Position numbers and translations under genes: made by a program
Shown: in pieces, positions 19,301-30,900 of the stretch
How the letters are laid out: each line of letters starts with the position of its first letter
Position numbering within the stretch: position 1 is the first letter of the stretch
Notes under the pieces: model-generated
Seen by the model: only the letters and a program-made list of their open reading frames with translations
Databases searched by the model: none
Told to the model about the DNA's origin: nothing
Assembly: GCA_025360715.1 (NCBI GenBank)
Contig: JANYBS010000073.1
Span: forward strand, 3,048 to 67,047
From: Candidatus Eiseniibacteriota bacterium
GTDB taxonomy: Bacteria > Eisenbacteria > RBG-16-71-46
Length of the DNA stretch: 64,000 bases
Direction: 5' to 3'

Positions 19301-21123
19301 TCTGGGCGGGCGACGGTTTCATCGCGAACCACGCATTGGCGATGCCTTACTACGCGACGAGTTCCGAGCGGCTAGCGAAGGACGTGCAGCAGCTCTTACT
19401 TCGATTGGGCATGATCAGCGGCCTCCAGACGAAGCGATTCAAGCATCGCGGGGAGATCCGGCTCGGCTACACGGTTCGCGTGCTTGGCGAGGATTCCGCC
19501 GAAACTTTCCTCCGACGCGTCGCACCAAATGCTTTGGGCCGGGACCATGCAATCGAGTTCCTTCGGGCTCATGTCCAAGAGACTCGGCGAGGGTTGAGTT
19601 CGCGGGATGTGATCCCCGGTGCTGTCCGAGCTTGGGTCGACCGCGAACGCCGTCTTCGCGGGCTAAGCTGGGCGGCGCTGTGCGAGCTTTCGGGTGTGTC
19701 CTTGTCGAATCTGGTCGCCGGCGTCGGGCATGGCGTGCGCCGCTCCATTATCCAGAAGCTCGCGCGCTTCTTCGCTTCGATGCCTCTCGAACGCCTCGCC
19801 ACTTCCGACGTCTTCTGGGACCGCGTGGTCTCCATCACGCCCATGGGCGAGCAGGACACGTACGACCTGACGGTCGAGAAGGACCACAACTTCGTCGCCG
19901 ACGGCCTGATCGTGCATAACTCGCACTCCGCGGCGTACGCGCTCGTGGCGTATCAGTGCGCGCACCTCAAGGCGCACTACCCGGCCGAGTTCATGGCCGC
20001 CACGATGACGAGCGAACTCAGCGATACCGCGCGCATCTTCACGCTCATCGAGGAGTCGCGCCGGATGGGCATCGAGGTGCGGCCGCCCGATGTGAACACG
20101 AGCGACCTGCGCTTCTCGATCGAAGACGGCGCCATTCGGATCGGCCTGGCGGCCATCCGCAATGTGGGCGAGGGTGCGGTCGAAGCGCTGATCGCCGCGC
20201 GCGAGGCGGATGGGCGATTCAAGGACGTCTTCGACATGGCGGGGCGTGTGGCGGCTGGCGTGTTCAACCGCCGCGTGCTCGAGAGCCTGATCTGCGCCGG
20301 CGCGTGCGACGCGCTGGGGCCGCGCGCGGCGATGTTCGCGGCGGCAGGCATGGCGCTCGATCATGCGGCGTCGGTGCATCGCGAGCGCGAGAGCGGGCAG
20401 TCATCGCTCTTCGGCGGCACCGAGGACGCGGGCCTCACCTCGGCGGCGCCGCCGTTGCCGCAGGTGCCCGAGTGGACGGGGCGCGAGCGCTCGGCCAAAG
20501 AGAAAGAGGGCCTGGGCTTCTACCTGAGCGATCATCCGCTCATGCACATCCGCGACGAGGTGGCCGCCGTGGCCACCCACACGCTGGCCGACGCGCTCGA
20601 ATCCGAAGATGGCACCGAGGTGCGCATCGTCGGTATCGTGTCCGAGAAGAAGCAGATCATGACCAAGAGCGGCAAGCTCATGGGCAAGGTGCACCTGGAA
20701 GACCTCTCTGGCCGCGCCGAGTGCACGCTGTTCTCCGACGCGTGGGAGGCGAGCAAGCCGCTGCTCGAGACCGACGCGATCGTGATCGGCATCGGCAAGG
20801 TCGAGAAGCGCGGCGATTTCGGGCCGCAGATACTTCTCAACGAAGTGCGGGGCTGGGAGCGCGGGGCGGGGTCTTTCCGGCCCATCCTGCAGATCGAGAT
20901 GCGCGCGGAGGAGCTCACCGAGGACCGCCTGCGCAGCATCGATGAAGTATTGGCGCTCTACCCGGGCGATTCCGATGTATATCTTCATATCGTGAGGCCG
21001 GATCATTCGCGGCTGGCCATGCGCTCCAAGCGCTGCCGGGTTGCGCAGGCGGAAGGCTTGCTCGAGGGCCTCAAGGAACGTGTTCCCAGCTGCCGTGCGC
21101 GCTGGGGAAAGGGGGGCGCATGA
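16339..21123 (+). CDS. dnaE: DNA polymerase III alpha subunit, interrupted by an in-frame intein
   Basis: PHP domain [20 protein letters not shown]; polymerase core; OB-fold region. 1594 aa including a 450-aa intein (about 1144 aa without it). accA follows immediately, as in E. coli. Confidence 0.95.
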   Translation: MKHSDFVHLHNHSDYSLLDGASSIQGMVHRAAELQMPALALTDHGVMFGAIEFYNEARKAGIKPIVGMEAYVTRGARSARTRDDKAHHLVLLARDEVGFHNLMRLSSLAYLEGFYYKPRVDHEILSRFSQGILALSACPQGEIAADLLDDRDEEALKTAMMYRDIFGPENYFLEIQNHGLEIETKIRGKVEQLARKTGLPLVATNDCHYIGKDHTEAQDVLICIQTGKTVSEAQRMRALAELHFRTPDEMRLAFPDHPEAIANTLAVAERCNLQLQLGKFLLPEFPLPEGWASAEEYFRDLSWRELKERFRGQVTDERKTRFAYELDVICKMGFASYFLIVRDFINYAKSNGIGVGPGRGSVAGSLVAFALRITDVDPLKHGLIFERFLNPERVTMPDIDIDFDDLRRGEVIDYVKRKYGETNVTQIITFGTMGAKGVVRDVGRALGFPVAEVNSIAKMVPDGLGMTLEQALQDSPDLKALPSKGADYAKLLKTARVLEGLARHASTHAAGVLITPGPLLDYVPLYRQKDGSTTTQWDMKSVEKAGLLKMDFLGLRTLSVLAEGLRLVEKHHGQVIDWQALEFDDPAVYKLFQEGDTVAIFQFESPGMRDYLKRLKPTVFEDLVAMNALYRPGPIENIPYFVDCKHGVKIAKYDHAKLEPILKGTYGVFVYQEQVMGAAHDLAGFSMAQADELRRAMGKKNVEEMQKKRTQFIEGCAKSSRISEKVADKIFTTMEKFAGYGFNKCVLEKTEIFNFDTGERTTVGELFRSKREFHIHALDNQWKLVRRAVTDVVWNGVKPVFELKTLLGHRITATSNHPLRTLDGWTDLGDLKPGDHIAVPRRLDIAGDLTWPRHEIITLAGLLAEGNTCHPSTLYFYGNDRVLVEDLRDAVACFPDTVARIHDRGDGRLEVAANLGAGYAREGDEAGCGLASLHGNLAVVMEALPRRCGAFQWAQRLGIIGKKATEKVVPPDVFRLSEADLELFVGRLWAGDGFIANHALAMPYYATSSERLAKDVQQLLLRLGMISGLQTKRFKHRGEIRLGYTVRVLGEDSAETFLRRVAPNALGRDHAIEFLRAHVQETRRGLSSRDVIPGAVRAWVDRERRLRGLSWAALCELSGVSLSNLVAGVGHGVRRSIIQKLARFFASMPLERLATSDVFWDRVVSITPMGEQDTYDLTVEKDHNFVADGLIVHNSHSAAYALVAYQCAHLKAHYPAEFMAATMTSELSDTARIFTLIEESRRMGIEVRPPDVNTSDLRFSIEDGAIRIGLAAIRNVGEGAVEALIAAREADGRFKDVFDMAGRVAAGVFNRRVLESLICAGACDALGPRAAMFAAAGMALDHAASVHRERESGQSSLFGGTEDAGLTSAAPPLPQVPEWTGRERSAKEKEGLGFYLSDHPLMHIRDEVAAVATHTLADALESEDGTEVRIVGIVSEKKQIMTKSGKLMGKVHLEDLSGRAECTLFSDAWEASKPLLETDAIVIGIGKVEKRGDFGPQILLNEVRGWERGAGSFRPILQIEMRAEELTEDRLRSIDEVLALYPGDSDVYLHIVRPDHSRLAMRSKRCRVAQAEGLLEGLKERVPSCRARWGKGGA
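18571..19920 (+). mobile_element. Intein with LAGLIDADG homing-endonuclease domain, inserted in DnaE between GYGFNK and [12 protein letters not shown]
   Basis: Exteins flank it as ...FAGYGFNK[C VLEKTEI ... DGLIVHN][21 protein letters not shown], giving Cys1, a C-terminal His-Asn and a +1 Ser. Block B is TSNHP. Two LAGLIDADG-like blocks are present ([23 protein letters not shown]). Block F/G reads [21 protein letters not shown]. The first ~100 nt are markedly AT-richer than the surrounding sequence. Confidence 0.85.
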
Positions 21124-22082
21124 CAGTCTGGCTCGATTTCGAGAAGCCGGTGCTGGAACTGGAGCAGAAGATCCAGGAGCTCAAGGAAAGCGCGGCCGAG
21201 CGCGGCTTGGGCGGCGAAGACGAACTTGGCGAGCTCGAGCGTAAGGCCGAGGCCCTGCGCCGCGACATCTACGCGAACCTCACGCGCTACCAGCGTGTGC
21301 AGATCGCGCGGCACCCCAAACGGCCCTATACGCTCGATCATATCCAGCGCATCTTGACGGGCTTCGAGGAACTCCACGGCGATCGCCATTACGCCGACGA
21401 CCCGGCGATCGTCGCGGGGCTGGGGTGGCTCGATCAGCGGGCGGTCATGGTGATCGGCCAGCAGAAGGGCCGCGATACCAAAGAGAACCTGCTGCGGCGC
21501 TTCGGCATGCCGAATCCCGAGGGCTATCGCAAGGCGCTACGGTTGATGCAGCTCGCCGACCGCTTCCGCGTTCCGATCGTGACGCTCGTCGACACGCCCG
21601 GCGCGTACCCGGGTCTGGGCGCTGAGGAACGCGGCCAAGCCGAGGCGATCGCCGTGAACCTGCGCGAGATGGCAGTGCTGCGCGTTCCGATCGTGACCGT
21701 GGTGATCGGTGAGGGCGGCTCGGGTGGCGCGCTGGCGATCGCCGTGGCGGACCGCGTTCTCATGTTCGAGAACTCGGTCTACTCGGTGATCTCGCCCGAG
21801 GGCTGCGCGTCGATCCTCTGGCGTGACGGCAAGCAGGGCGCCAAAGCGGCCGAAGCCCTGCGCCTGGCGGCCCCCGACCTCATGTCGCTCAAGATCGTCG
21901 ACGGCGTCCTGCCGGAGCCGGTCGGAGGCGCGCACCGGGACTGGGACCTGGCAGCGGCCACCCTCAAGGGTGCACTGACCCAGAACCTTGACGAACTGGG
22001 CGGTGTAAGGCCAGAGGAGCTCATCACCCAGCGGGCAGCGCGCTTTCGGAAGATCGGGGTATTCAGCGACTCGGGCGCTTGA
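21120..22082 (+). CDS. accA: Acetyl-CoA carboxylase carboxyltransferase alpha subunit
   Basis: 320 aa. Contains ...[25 protein letters not shown]...[12 protein letters not shown]..., the canonical AccA sequence. The start overlaps the dnaE stop (ATGA). Confidence 0.9.
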   Translation: MTVWLDFEKPVLELEQKIQELKESAAERGLGGEDELGELERKAEALRRDIYANLTRYQRVQIARHPKRPYTLDHIQRILTGFEELHGDRHYADDPAIVAGLGWLDQRAVMVIGQQKGRDTKENLLRRFGMPNPEGYRKALRLMQLADRFRVPIVTLVDTPGAYPGLGAEERGQAEAIAVNLREMAVLRVPIVTVVIGEGGSGGALAIAVADRVLMFENSVYSVISPEGCASILWRDGKQGAKAAEALRLAAPDLMSLKIVDGVLPEPVGGAHRDWDLAAATLKGALTQNLDELGGVRPEELITQRAARFRKIGVFSDSGA

Positions 22083-22311
22083 CCCTTTCGAAATGCGGTT
22101 GCTAGACTCGCGAACCCCTGTCCACCATCGACTTGCGAGAATCCATCACGACTCTGTGCTACCGCAGTTCGCCCCCCTGGTGGACACCCGGGCGGCCTTC
22201 GATCGAAGCGCCTATGATGTCGCTTCGAGATGTCGCCTTGGAGATATCGACCCAAAGGCCGGGTCGACCTTCCGGTACCTCGTTCCAGCGTCACGTTCCC
22301 CGAGGATCCTC

Positions 22312-22479
22312 ATGGCACTGAGTCCCGAGCTTCTCAACATCCTGGTCTGCCCCGCATGCAAGGGTGATCTTGCCTACGACACCACCGCGCAGACGCTCAC
22401 GTGCAATGCCTGCCGGCTCAAGTACAAGGTCGTCGACGATATCCCGGTCATGCTCCCCGAAGAGGCGGAGAAGTTCTGA
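22312..22479 (+). CDS. Trm112/UPF0434-family small zinc-ribbon protein
   Basis: 55 aa: [60 protein letters not shown] sits 6 nt upstream of the ATG. The track ORF 22093.. is over-extended. Confidence 0.6.
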   Translation: MALSPELLNILVCPACKGDLAYDTTAQTLTCNACRLKYKVVDDIPVMLPEEAEKF

Positions 22480-22502
22480 CCCCCTCGGGTCGGGCGACCG
22501 CG

Positions 22503-25500
22503 ATGACGGACCGAACCCACTCGCGCACCCGTAGCGCACGCGCAGCCATGTCCCGCGCGGTCCTTGGCACGGCCATGGCGGCGGTTCTCTTCGCAGGCGC
22601 GATGCTCGCCATGCCGGCCACCGCGGCGCCCGCGCTTGTCCATCTGGCGCCGGCCTCACCGGGCGCGGTGCGCTTCACGATCAACGTGCCTGTCCCGAAG
22701 CTCGTACGCCTCGAAGCGGGCGACGCGACCGCGCGGCTGGACCTGGATGGTTTCCTACTCGAAGGCAAGCCGGGCGCGCCGGCGATGCCGGTTCGTGTCC
22801 TGCTCGTCGCAGTGCCGCCGCTGGGCGCAGTGCGCGTGTCGGGCGTCGCGTCCGAACTCCGCATCGATGAAGGTGTCCTGTTGGCGTCCACTGCAACGCG
22901 CGATGCGGCGGGCGAGGTGCACCAGATGCGCTCGAGCGCAGCCTATGGCGCCAAGGGCAGCGCGCAGCCCGAGGCGGCGAAGCTGCTCGATGTGACGTGG
23001 GTGCGCAATCAGCGCGTGGCGCGCATCGCGATCATGCCGTCGGCCTATGAGCCCTCGGCGCGCCGGCTCACGACGGCCGCGCGGATCGATGTCGAGGTCC
23101 AGGTCCAGCCCATGGACGTGCTGGGGCCGCCGGTCGAGACGAGCGATCCCTACGAGCCGGTCTACGAATCCGCGCTCGTGAACTACGCGCAGGGCAAGAA
23201 CTGGCGCCGGCCGGCCACCTCTGTGCTCGCCGCTGCGGCGCGGCGGATGGGCATGAGCGTCGCAGGCGTCACGGAGCTGGCGGCGCCGCCGGACACGAGC
23301 GTCTTCGTGGGCCGGCAGTGGGCGCGACTCGCCATCACGCAGGCGGGCTTCTATTCCGTGAACTATTCCAACCTGCGCCTGACGGCACTCATCAATCAGG
23401 GCAGCTTCGCGTTCGATTCGCTGCGGCTCTTCACGCTGCCCGGCTACCCGCAGTTGCCCGAGAACACGTATTGCGATTCCTGTGATCTCAAGGAAGTCGC
23501 GATCGGCGTGATCGACGTGGGCAACGACGGCCTGTTTTCGGTGAACGACGACACGTTCTACTTCTTCGCGCAGGGTCCGAGCGGCTGGGCGGACGACTAC
23601 AACCTCGCGCTCGCGGATACGCTCTACCTGAATCATCCGTATGAAACCCGCAACATCTACTACCTTACCGTCGCAACGGGACCGCTGCCGGTCGCGGGCG
23701 CGCCCAGACGCATCGGCCGCCGCGACGCCACGCCTCAGGTGGCGAGCGGCGCGACGCCGGTGACCACGTTCGCCGATCGCGCGCACTTCGAACAGGACGT
23801 CGAGTACTGGCCGGACGCGAATCCACGCGGCAGCTCGCTCTTCTGGGAGAAATGGTACTGGCGCAGTCTGAGCAACACGGCCACGGGCAATTCGTTCACG
23901 ACCACATTCGCGTTACCCGGCGCCGACACGCTGCAGGCTGCGCGGCTGCGCCTGCGGCAGTGGGGCCTGACGGACAACGTGATCTTCAACGGCTGCGGTA
24001 ACACGACACCGGACCATCTTCTCGACGTGCGGCTGAACGCTTTCGGCCTGCGACGCGGTGCCTGGAACAGCTTCATCGCGGCGTACGGTGGTCAGTACAC
24101 GTTCGATACCACGGGCGTATTCCTGAACCGCGTGAGCAACTCGCTCCAGCTGACGGTGCCGGTGGTCTCCGCGCCGGATTGTCCGAACCGCTCCGACCGC
24201 AGCGCGCTTGCGTGGTTCGACCTCTACTACCAGCGCTTCTTCCAGCCACAGGACGATGTGTTGCGCTTCCGCGGCCCTGCCACCGCGGGGCTCTACCGCT
24301 ACGATGTCGGACCGTTCAAGTCGAGCGCGCAGCCGCGGCTCTTCGATATCACCGATCCGCTCTCGCCGTCCGAACTCACCGCGGCGGCCACGGCGTTCGG
24401 GCCGGTCGCGGGCGGGTTCCAGCTGTCGATCGAAGACACGCAGAGCGTCCAGCATCGTTTCCTGGTCGTGCCCGATTCGTTCATCACGGCCGTGCACCTG
24501 CCGGTGACAGCGATCGACGATGCGCCCTTCACGAGCTTGGATAACCTGCGCAGCCGCACGAACGGCGCGGACTACCTGGTCATCTACTACGACGGTTTCG
24601 CCGCTGCCGCCACGGCGCTGGGAGATGCGCGCAAGCTCAAGCTGCCGCTCACCGACAAGCCGGCGCCCTACGTGACCAAGACGATCCCGATCTCGGCGCT
24701 GTACGACCAGTTCTCGGGCGGCCGTACCGACCCTGCCGCGATCCGCAACTTCCTGCGCGCCGCTTACTTCAATTGGTCGCTGCGTCCGCGCTTCGTGACG
24801 TTCATCGGCGATGCGTCTTACGACTACAAGAACATCACCGGCCGCGCGCCGAGCGGCCAGCCCGGTTCGCTGTTGCCCACCTATGAGAACGGTTTCGACG
24901 ATCATTTCAACGTGCTGCGCCAGTTCGCCACCGACGACTGGCTGCTCAATGTGAATGACGCGAACTCGTTCGTCCCGGATTTCTACGGCGGGCGCCTGCC
25001 GGCCGACGATGCGGCCTCGGCGCTCAAGGTGGTCAATGGCAAGATCCTCGCCTACGAGAATGCAGCGCCGGTGGGCGAGTACCGCAACCGAGTCATGCTG
25101 ATCGCGGACGACGACCAGCAGGGCGAGAGCCCCGACCAGCTTGCGTGGACGCACGTACAGCAGACCACCGATCTGGATACCACGAGCACGCCCGATCACC
25201 TGGACCGCACGTACGTGTACTTGCATACCTATCCGTCGGGCACGGGCAACACCAAGCCGGGTGCGCGCGCCGACATCAAGAACACCATCAACAACGGCGT
25301 CGCGCTGTTCAACTACGTGGGCCATGGCAGCCCGTTCAAGATCAGCGACGAGAGCGTGTTCATCGATTCCGACGCGGGCACGCTCACGAATGGCCTGCGC
25401 ATGCCGCTCTTTGTGGCGGCCTCCTGCGACGTGGGCAAGTTCAACGATCCGACGGTGCAGAGCCTGGGCGAGCGTCTGGTCATGGCTTCTGACGCCGGCG

Positions 25501-26888
25501 CGATCGGCGTCATCTCGGCCACCGAGCAGGCGTTCAGTTCGGACAACAGCCTGCTCAATCGCTTCCTCTACAAGCAGATGTTCCGGCGCGACGCGGTGGT
25601 GGTGGGTGCCGACACGCTCGCGGGCTTCGGCCAATACCATATGGCGGTCTCCGCCGCGCTGCTGTCGGCCAAGATCAGCGCGCCCGGCACGAACGAGATC
25701 AACAACTCCAAGTATCAATACATGGGTGATGCCGCGACGCGGCTCAACGCCCCGCGCCTGTGGGCCGACATCCAGCTCACCGACGTGGCTGGGGTGCCGA
25801 TCACTGAGCTCAAGCGCGGCCAGACGGTCGTGGTGAGTGGTCGCGTGCTCGATGCGCCCGGCGGCACGTTCACGCCATTTGACGGCGTGGCGAGCCTGTT
25901 CGTGGAGGATTCGGCGCCCATCGACAACACCGGGCTCAATCCCGATCCGAACTTCCTGTCGCACTACTATTCGGTGAACTACCGCTTCAGGGCGGGTCCG
26001 ATCTATCACGGCGACGTCACCTGCACGAACGGTACATTCGAAGGGCGCTTCGTCGTACCGGCCGATGCGACCACCGGTGCGTACGGTCGTGTGCGCGCGT
26101 ACCTCGACGGCCGTACGCTCAACGCGAAGCGCGACGACGATGGTGCGGGCAGCGTCAAGGTGCAGGTTTCGAGCGCGCCGATCGTGACCAGCGACGCCGA
26201 AGGGCCGCGCATCACGCTGTCGTTCGTGGGCGGCGCCACGTCGGTGCGCCCCGATGCCCAGTTGCGCATCGACCTCTTCGACCAGAGCGGCATCATGACG
26301 ACCGGGCATTCGCTGCAGAACTCGATCGTGGTGACCATCGACGACAACACCACCTCGCGCGTGGACGTGACGGGATCGTTCCGCTATGCGGCGGATTCGT
26401 ACCAGTCCGGCACGGCCAGCTTCGCGCTGCCCAGCCTGAGCGCGGGCCACCACCGTATCCGCGTCTCGGCGGCCGACAACCTGGCCTCAGGCATCAACGC
26501 TTCGGCCCATCGAAACAGCTCGACGCTCGAGTTCGACGTCATCAGCACGCCGACGCTTAATGTGGCGCGCACCTATCTCTTCCCGAACCCCACCCGCTCG
26601 AGCGGGCCGGGGGCGGGCGGGACGTTCATCGTCGACGCACCGGGCGACTCGGTGAACACGCTCATCCGGCTGTATACGGTCTCGGGAAAGCTGATCCGGA
26701 CGCTCAAGTCGTTCGGAGCGCTGGGACAGGTCCAGATCCCGTGGGATGGCCGGGATGCCGAAGGGGATGCCCTGGCCAATGGCACCTATCTCTATAAGGT
26801 GTATGTGAATGGCCGACTTGCCGATGGAACCAGCAGCGCCAGCCAGAAGGCTATCGCCGAAGGCCGTGTCGTCATCGTTCACCATTGA
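22503..26888 (+). CDS. porU: PorU-like C25 (gingipain-family) peptidase with T9SS C-terminal domain (T9SS C-terminal signal peptidase candidate)
   Basis: Signal peptide MTDRTHSRTRSARAAMSRAVLGTAMAAVLFAGAMLAMPATA. C25 catalytic blocks YVGHGSP (His) and FVAASCDVGKF (Cys). C-terminal Por_Secre_tail ...YLFPNPTRS...RLYTVSGKLIRTL...GTYLYKVYVNG. Immediately followed by an OM-barrel gene, matching the porU-porV synteny of Bacteroidota. Confidence 0.75.
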   Translation: MTDRTHSRTRSARAAMSRAVLGTAMAAVLFAGAMLAMPATAAPALVHLAPASPGAVRFTINVPVPKLVRLEAGDATARLDLDGFLLEGKPGAPAMPVRVLLVAVPPLGAVRVSGVASELRIDEGVLLASTATRDAAGEVHQMRSSAAYGAKGSAQPEAAKLLDVTWVRNQRVARIAIMPSAYEPSARRLTTAARIDVEVQVQPMDVLGPPVETSDPYEPVYESALVNYAQGKNWRRPATSVLAAAARRMGMSVAGVTELAAPPDTSVFVGRQWARLAITQAGFYSVNYSNLRLTALINQGSFAFDSLRLFTLPGYPQLPENTYCDSCDLKEVAIGVIDVGNDGLFSVNDDTFYFFAQGPSGWADDYNLALADTLYLNHPYETRNIYYLTVATGPLPVAGAPRRIGRRDATPQVASGATPVTTFADRAHFEQDVEYWPDANPRGSSLFWEKWYWRSLSNTATGNSFTTTFALPGADTLQAARLRLRQWGLTDNVIFNGCGNTTPDHLLDVRLNAFGLRRGAWNSFIAAYGGQYTFDTTGVFLNRVSNSLQLTVPVVSAPDCPNRSDRSALAWFDLYYQRFFQPQDDVLRFRGPATAGLYRYDVGPFKSSAQPRLFDITDPLSPSELTAAATAFGPVAGGFQLSIEDTQSVQHRFLVVPDSFITAVHLPVTAIDDAPFTSLDNLRSRTNGADYLVIYYDGFAAAATALGDARKLKLPLTDKPAPYVTKTIPISALYDQFSGGRTDPAAIRNFLRAAYFNWSLRPRFVTFIGDASYDYKNITGRAPSGQPGSLLPTYENGFDDHFNVLRQFATDDWLLNVNDANSFVPDFYGGRLPADDAASALKVVNGKILAYENAAPVGEYRNRVMLIADDDQQGESPDQLAWTHVQQTTDLDTTSTPDHLDRTYVYLHTYPSGTGNTKPGARADIKNTINNGVALFNYVGHGSPFKISDESVFIDSDAGTLTNGLRMPLFVAASCDVGKFNDPTVQSLGERLVMASDAGAIGVISATEQAFSSDNSLLNRFLYKQMFRRDAVVVGADTLAGFGQYHMAVSAALLSAKISAPGTNEINNSKYQYMGDAATRLNAPRLWADIQLTDVAGVPITELKRGQTVVVSGRVLDAPGGTFTPFDGVASLFVEDSAPIDNTGLNPDPNFLSHYYSVNYRFRAGPIYHGDVTCTNGTFEGRFVVPADATTGAYGRVRAYLDGRTLNAKRDDDGAGSVKVQVSSAPIVTSDAEGPRITLSFVGGATSVRPDAQLRIDLFDQSGIMTTGHSLQNSIVVTIDDNTTSRVDVTGSFRYAADSYQSGTASFALPSLSAGHHRIRVSAADNLASGINASAHRNSSTLEFDVISTPTLNVARTYLFPNPTRSSGPGAGGTFIVDAPGDSVNTLIRLYTVSGKLIRTLKSFGALGQVQIPWDGRDAEGDALANGTYLYKVYVNGRLADGTSSASQKAIAEGRVVIVHH

Positions 26889-26995
26889 AACACCCACTCG
26901 AGAGTTTTTTTCGGGAGAAATCCAAAGCGTCGCGGTGTAGTACCCCGGGCAACGTCTCCCGCTCGCAGGGTTCGCGATCTCTCAGAGGAGTATCT

Positions 26996-27946
26996 ATGCG
27001 TTTGTCTACCACGTTGATCCTGAGCGTTTTACTGGGGCTCTGCCTCGCTGCCTCCGCGCAGGCGCAGGGCACCGGCCGCTCGCTGGATATCCAGCCTGGC
27101 GCACGCCAGAACGGTCTGGGAGCGGCGGGAGTGGCTCTTGCCGAGGATGCCAGCGGCGTGACCTGGTGGAACCCCGCAGGACTCGGGTTCGTGAACAAGG
27201 CTGCCGTCGAACTCAGCTATGCCCAGTTGGTTCCGGGCCTCGCGAGCGACGTGAGCTACAACTACGCGACGTTCGTGAAGCCGATGCAGGGCTGGGGCGC
27301 TTTCGGCGTCGGCCTTGTGTTCCTTTCCTATGGTACGAGCGAGCAGACCGACAACAGCGGCAACGTCATCGGCAGCTTCACGTCGAACGAGCTCTCGCCG
27401 GCGCTGTACTACGGCACGAAGCTGCTGCCCGAGCTTTCGATCGGCGCATCGCTCAAGTACATCCGCATCCAGCTCGCGCCTTCGCAGCAGTCCGGCGTCG
27501 GCTCCACGTTCGGACTCGACGTCGGTGCGCTCTATCGTATCCCGGCCGCGCGCCTGAACCTGGGGATGAACGTACAGAACCTGGGTCCGGCCGTGACGTT
27601 CCTGAACGAAGACCAGAAGAGCCCGCTCTCGCGCAACCTCAAGGTCGGCGCGGCGTGGGAGGCGACCTCCTCCAAGGAGTTCCGCCTCATGGTCGTGGGT
27701 GACTTCAACCAGTCGCTCGTCACCAACCAGTTCCGCACTTACAACGGCGGACTCGAACTTCGTTACACGGACCAGATCGCCGGTCGAGTCGGTTACTACG
27801 ACGATCCTCTGGGCGACATCAAGGACCTCACCTACGGCATCGGTGTGGGTTGGAAGGGCCTGAGCCTGGACTACGCCAGTATCCCGCAGGCCAAGGGTTC
27901 CGGGCTGCCGAACGTGACCAAGATCACCATCGGCTATCGCTTCTGA
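26996..27946 (+). CDS. porV: PorV/LptO-like (or PorP/SprF-like) outer-membrane beta-barrel protein
   Basis: ATG at 26996 with GAGGAG upstream. Signal peptide MRLSTTLILSVLLGLCLAASAQA. Alternating amphipathic beta-strand pattern. The C-terminal residue is Phe (...KITIGYRF). Position directly downstream of porU. At 316 aa it is shorter than classical PorV (~390 aa), so the family assignment is tentative. Confidence 0.5.
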   Translation: MRLSTTLILSVLLGLCLAASAQAQGTGRSLDIQPGARQNGLGAAGVALAEDASGVTWWNPAGLGFVNKAAVELSYAQLVPGLASDVSYNYATFVKPMQGWGAFGVGLVFLSYGTSEQTDNSGNVIGSFTSNELSPALYYGTKLLPELSIGASLKYIRIQLAPSQQSGVGSTFGLDVGALYRIPAARLNLGMNVQNLGPAVTFLNEDQKSPLSRNLKVGAAWEATSSKEFRLMVVGDFNQSLVTNQFRTYNGGLELRYTDQIAGRVGYYDDPLGDIKDLTYGIGVGWKGLSLDYASIPQAKGSGLPNVTKITIGYRF

Positions 27947-27954
27947 TCGAATCC

Positions 27955-30900
27955 GTGATCAATCTCGCCACGCTCCTGAGCACATCGCGAAGGTCATCGA
28001 AGGTCGTGAGTCTGGCCGTGCTGGCGCTTCTCGCCGGCGCGGCCGTCGCGCATCCGGATGCGCTCACGGTCACGCCGCTCAACACGCAGGCAGGGCTGGC
28101 CAGCGCTCGCGACAAGGGCATCATCGCCCGCGGCGCGCCCATGAACGCGTCCGAACGTACGGTCCTCGAGGCGCGCCTGGCGCGCCAGCGCGCATTCCTG
28201 CCGGTGCAGCGCCAGCTCTTCTCGCCGGGCCGCGCCATCGATCGCTCGCTGTTCGGCAACCGCCGCGTGGGCTGGCAGCCGCCGATCGGCGCGAGCCGCG
28301 ACCCCCGACAGCCGATGCGCATGCAGCGCTTTGGCACGACGATCGCGCCGCCTGACACCATTCACCTGGCGATCATCCGCATCGACTTCCTGAATGACCG
28401 CGGCGGCGCCAAGTCCTCGGGTACCGGCCGGTTCAACCTGGATGCCGCCGACACCGTGGACAATCCGGTCGACCGCCCACCGCACAATCGCGCCTTCTAC
28501 GTCTCGCAGGGCGAGGCGTTGCGCCGTTACTACGACCAGCAGTCCTATGGCCGTGTCGTGGTGGACATCGACGTGTGGCCCACACAGCAGGACAGTGCCT
28601 TCCACCTCACCGACATGGCCGACCTGGGGCCGTGGTCGTTCGGCCAGGGTGTGTTCCAAGCCGCGGTCAAGATGATGCGCGGTATGTTCTTCGCTGCCGA
28701 CTCGCAGTCCACCGCGCTGGGCAACCGCATCCCGTGGGATCACTATGACCGCTATTGTCTGGTGCACGCGGGCAGTGATCTTCAAAGCGACATCAAGCAG
28801 GACTCCAAAGAAGACATCCCGTCGTTCACGCTCTTCATCAGCGACACGGACCGCGTGATCTTCCCGGATTCGACCACGCGCCCGATCGACCGCGCGTCGT
28901 TCATCCCCGAGACCATCAATCAAGATGGCTACTACGGCGCGATCAATGGCGTGATGGCGCACGAGAACGGCCACAACATGTTCGGCTTCCTCGACGTGTA
29001 CAACGTCGAGACGGGTTACCCGGTGGTGGGGTACTGGTCGCTCATGGACAGCGGCAATCTGGTGGGCTCGCGTCTGCAGCTCAAGGACGGCAGCGAGATC
29101 TTCGCGACCGGCCTGCTGCCGCCGAGTATCGATCCGCTGCAGCGCGATTTCATCGGCGGGGGCCTACGCTTCGCCGAGCCGGCGTGGGGCGAGACGCTGA
29201 GCATCGCGAACAACGAGCGGAATAACCTCATGTACAAGGTGCCGCTCTCGTCGGATGAATACCTGCTGCTCGAGAACCGCTACCTGTCGCCGGCAGCGGC
29301 CGTGCAGCTCGAGGCCGACAGCATCACGCACGTGGTGCTGGGCCCCAAATCGCCCGACCGCTACGAGTACGACGCATTGTTGCCGGGCAGCGGCATCCTG
29401 GTCTGGCATATCGATGCGAGCGTGATCCCGTTCGAGACCTCGCTGCGCCCGAATCCCGACTTCAGCCTGAACGCGAATCCCGCGCGCTTGGCCGATGAGG
29501 TGATCCAGGCCAGTGGCTTGGACGACCTGGGCGACGTGAGCTCGCCGTACCTGCTGGGTAGTCCGCTCGATCCCTACCAACGCTCGATCAATCCATCGTT
29601 GAGTGACTCCACACAGCCGAACCTGATCCCCAACCAGAAGACGCGTCCGCACGTGCGCATCGACTTCCTCGATGACACGGGAGCGACGCAGCACTTCGTC
29701 GCCAACCGCACTTGGGCGCAGCCGGGCTGGCCGATCGTGGCCAGCTTCCCTCCGGGCGGTCCGTTGCCGCTCGCGATCGACATGGACGGCGACCGCAACC
29801 TGGAAGTCTGCTGGGCCGGCGGCCGCGCGGGCCGCGCGGACAGCGCGGCGGTCTTCGCCGTGCGCTCCAACGGAACGGGGCTGCTGGGCACGTCGCTCGA
29901 GTTGACGAGCCTGCCGCAACGCCCGCGGCCGTTGATCGCAGCCGTCGTCACCGGCGATCCCGATCTGGGCACGGGGCCGTCTCTGGTCGCCGCGACCACG
30001 TATCACTACGGCGCCGCCGACACGACCGGTGGGCGCGTTTACTTGATCGATCACAACGGCGCTCAGTCGTTCGGCTGGCCGGTGAAGTTGCCGTCGCCGG
30101 CGTCCACATCGCCGGTGATCGCCGGCGCGTGGCCGAACATCTTCGTCTTTGTGGGCGCTGAGGATGGCCGTGTATATGTGCTCGATCGCACGGGTGCGGT
30201 GGTGGCCACGAGCAATACGTCACTGGGCAGCGCGATCACCGGGCGGTTGGCGTTCTGGCAGGGCGGCCCCACTCCGAACACCGAGGTCGCGGGCGCGAAG
30301 AACCTGATCGCCGCCGGCTGTGCGACGGGTCTCGTGTCGACGTTCGCGTTCAACGCATCGGCGCTCACCCAGGAAGGCCAGATGCAGGTCACGTCGTCGA
30401 CCACATTCACTCCCGACTTCCTGTGGCTGCGCATGAACGGCACCGGCGCGCAGGCTGCAGCGGATTGCGCTGCGGGCGGCCCCGTGCTGGCGGTGCACCA
30501 CGCCGACAAGATCTGGGCGTTCTGCCCGAGTGGCGCGGCATTGCCGGGCTGGGGGCACTCGCTGGGCGACACCGTCGTCGCGGGCCTTGGCGCCGGCGAC
30601 CCCGACGGCGATGGCTTCCCCGAAGTGCTCTATCAGACCGTCACGTCGCAGGTGGGTTTCCTCAACCGTGACGGCTATCCGTCGCCGGGTTGGCCCAAGG
30701 CCGGCACGACCGAGCACCTGCGCACGCTCTCGCCGGCACTCGCACTTGATGTCGACCACGATGGCCGCTCCGAGGTCGTGGCGCTCGATGGCAGCGGCGT
30801 GATCGCGGCGCTCGATGCGCGCGGCAAGACCCCGGCGGGCTGGCCGTTGGCGACAGGGGCGGGCGCGTCGGGTTCCGGTGTCGCCGCGGATCTCGATCGT

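Noticed and set aside
23913-26453. 846-aa minus-strand ORF antisense to porU
   Set aside because: porU on the plus strand has C25 catalytic motifs and a CTD. The antisense product is Arg/Asp/Val-rich with no recognisable features.
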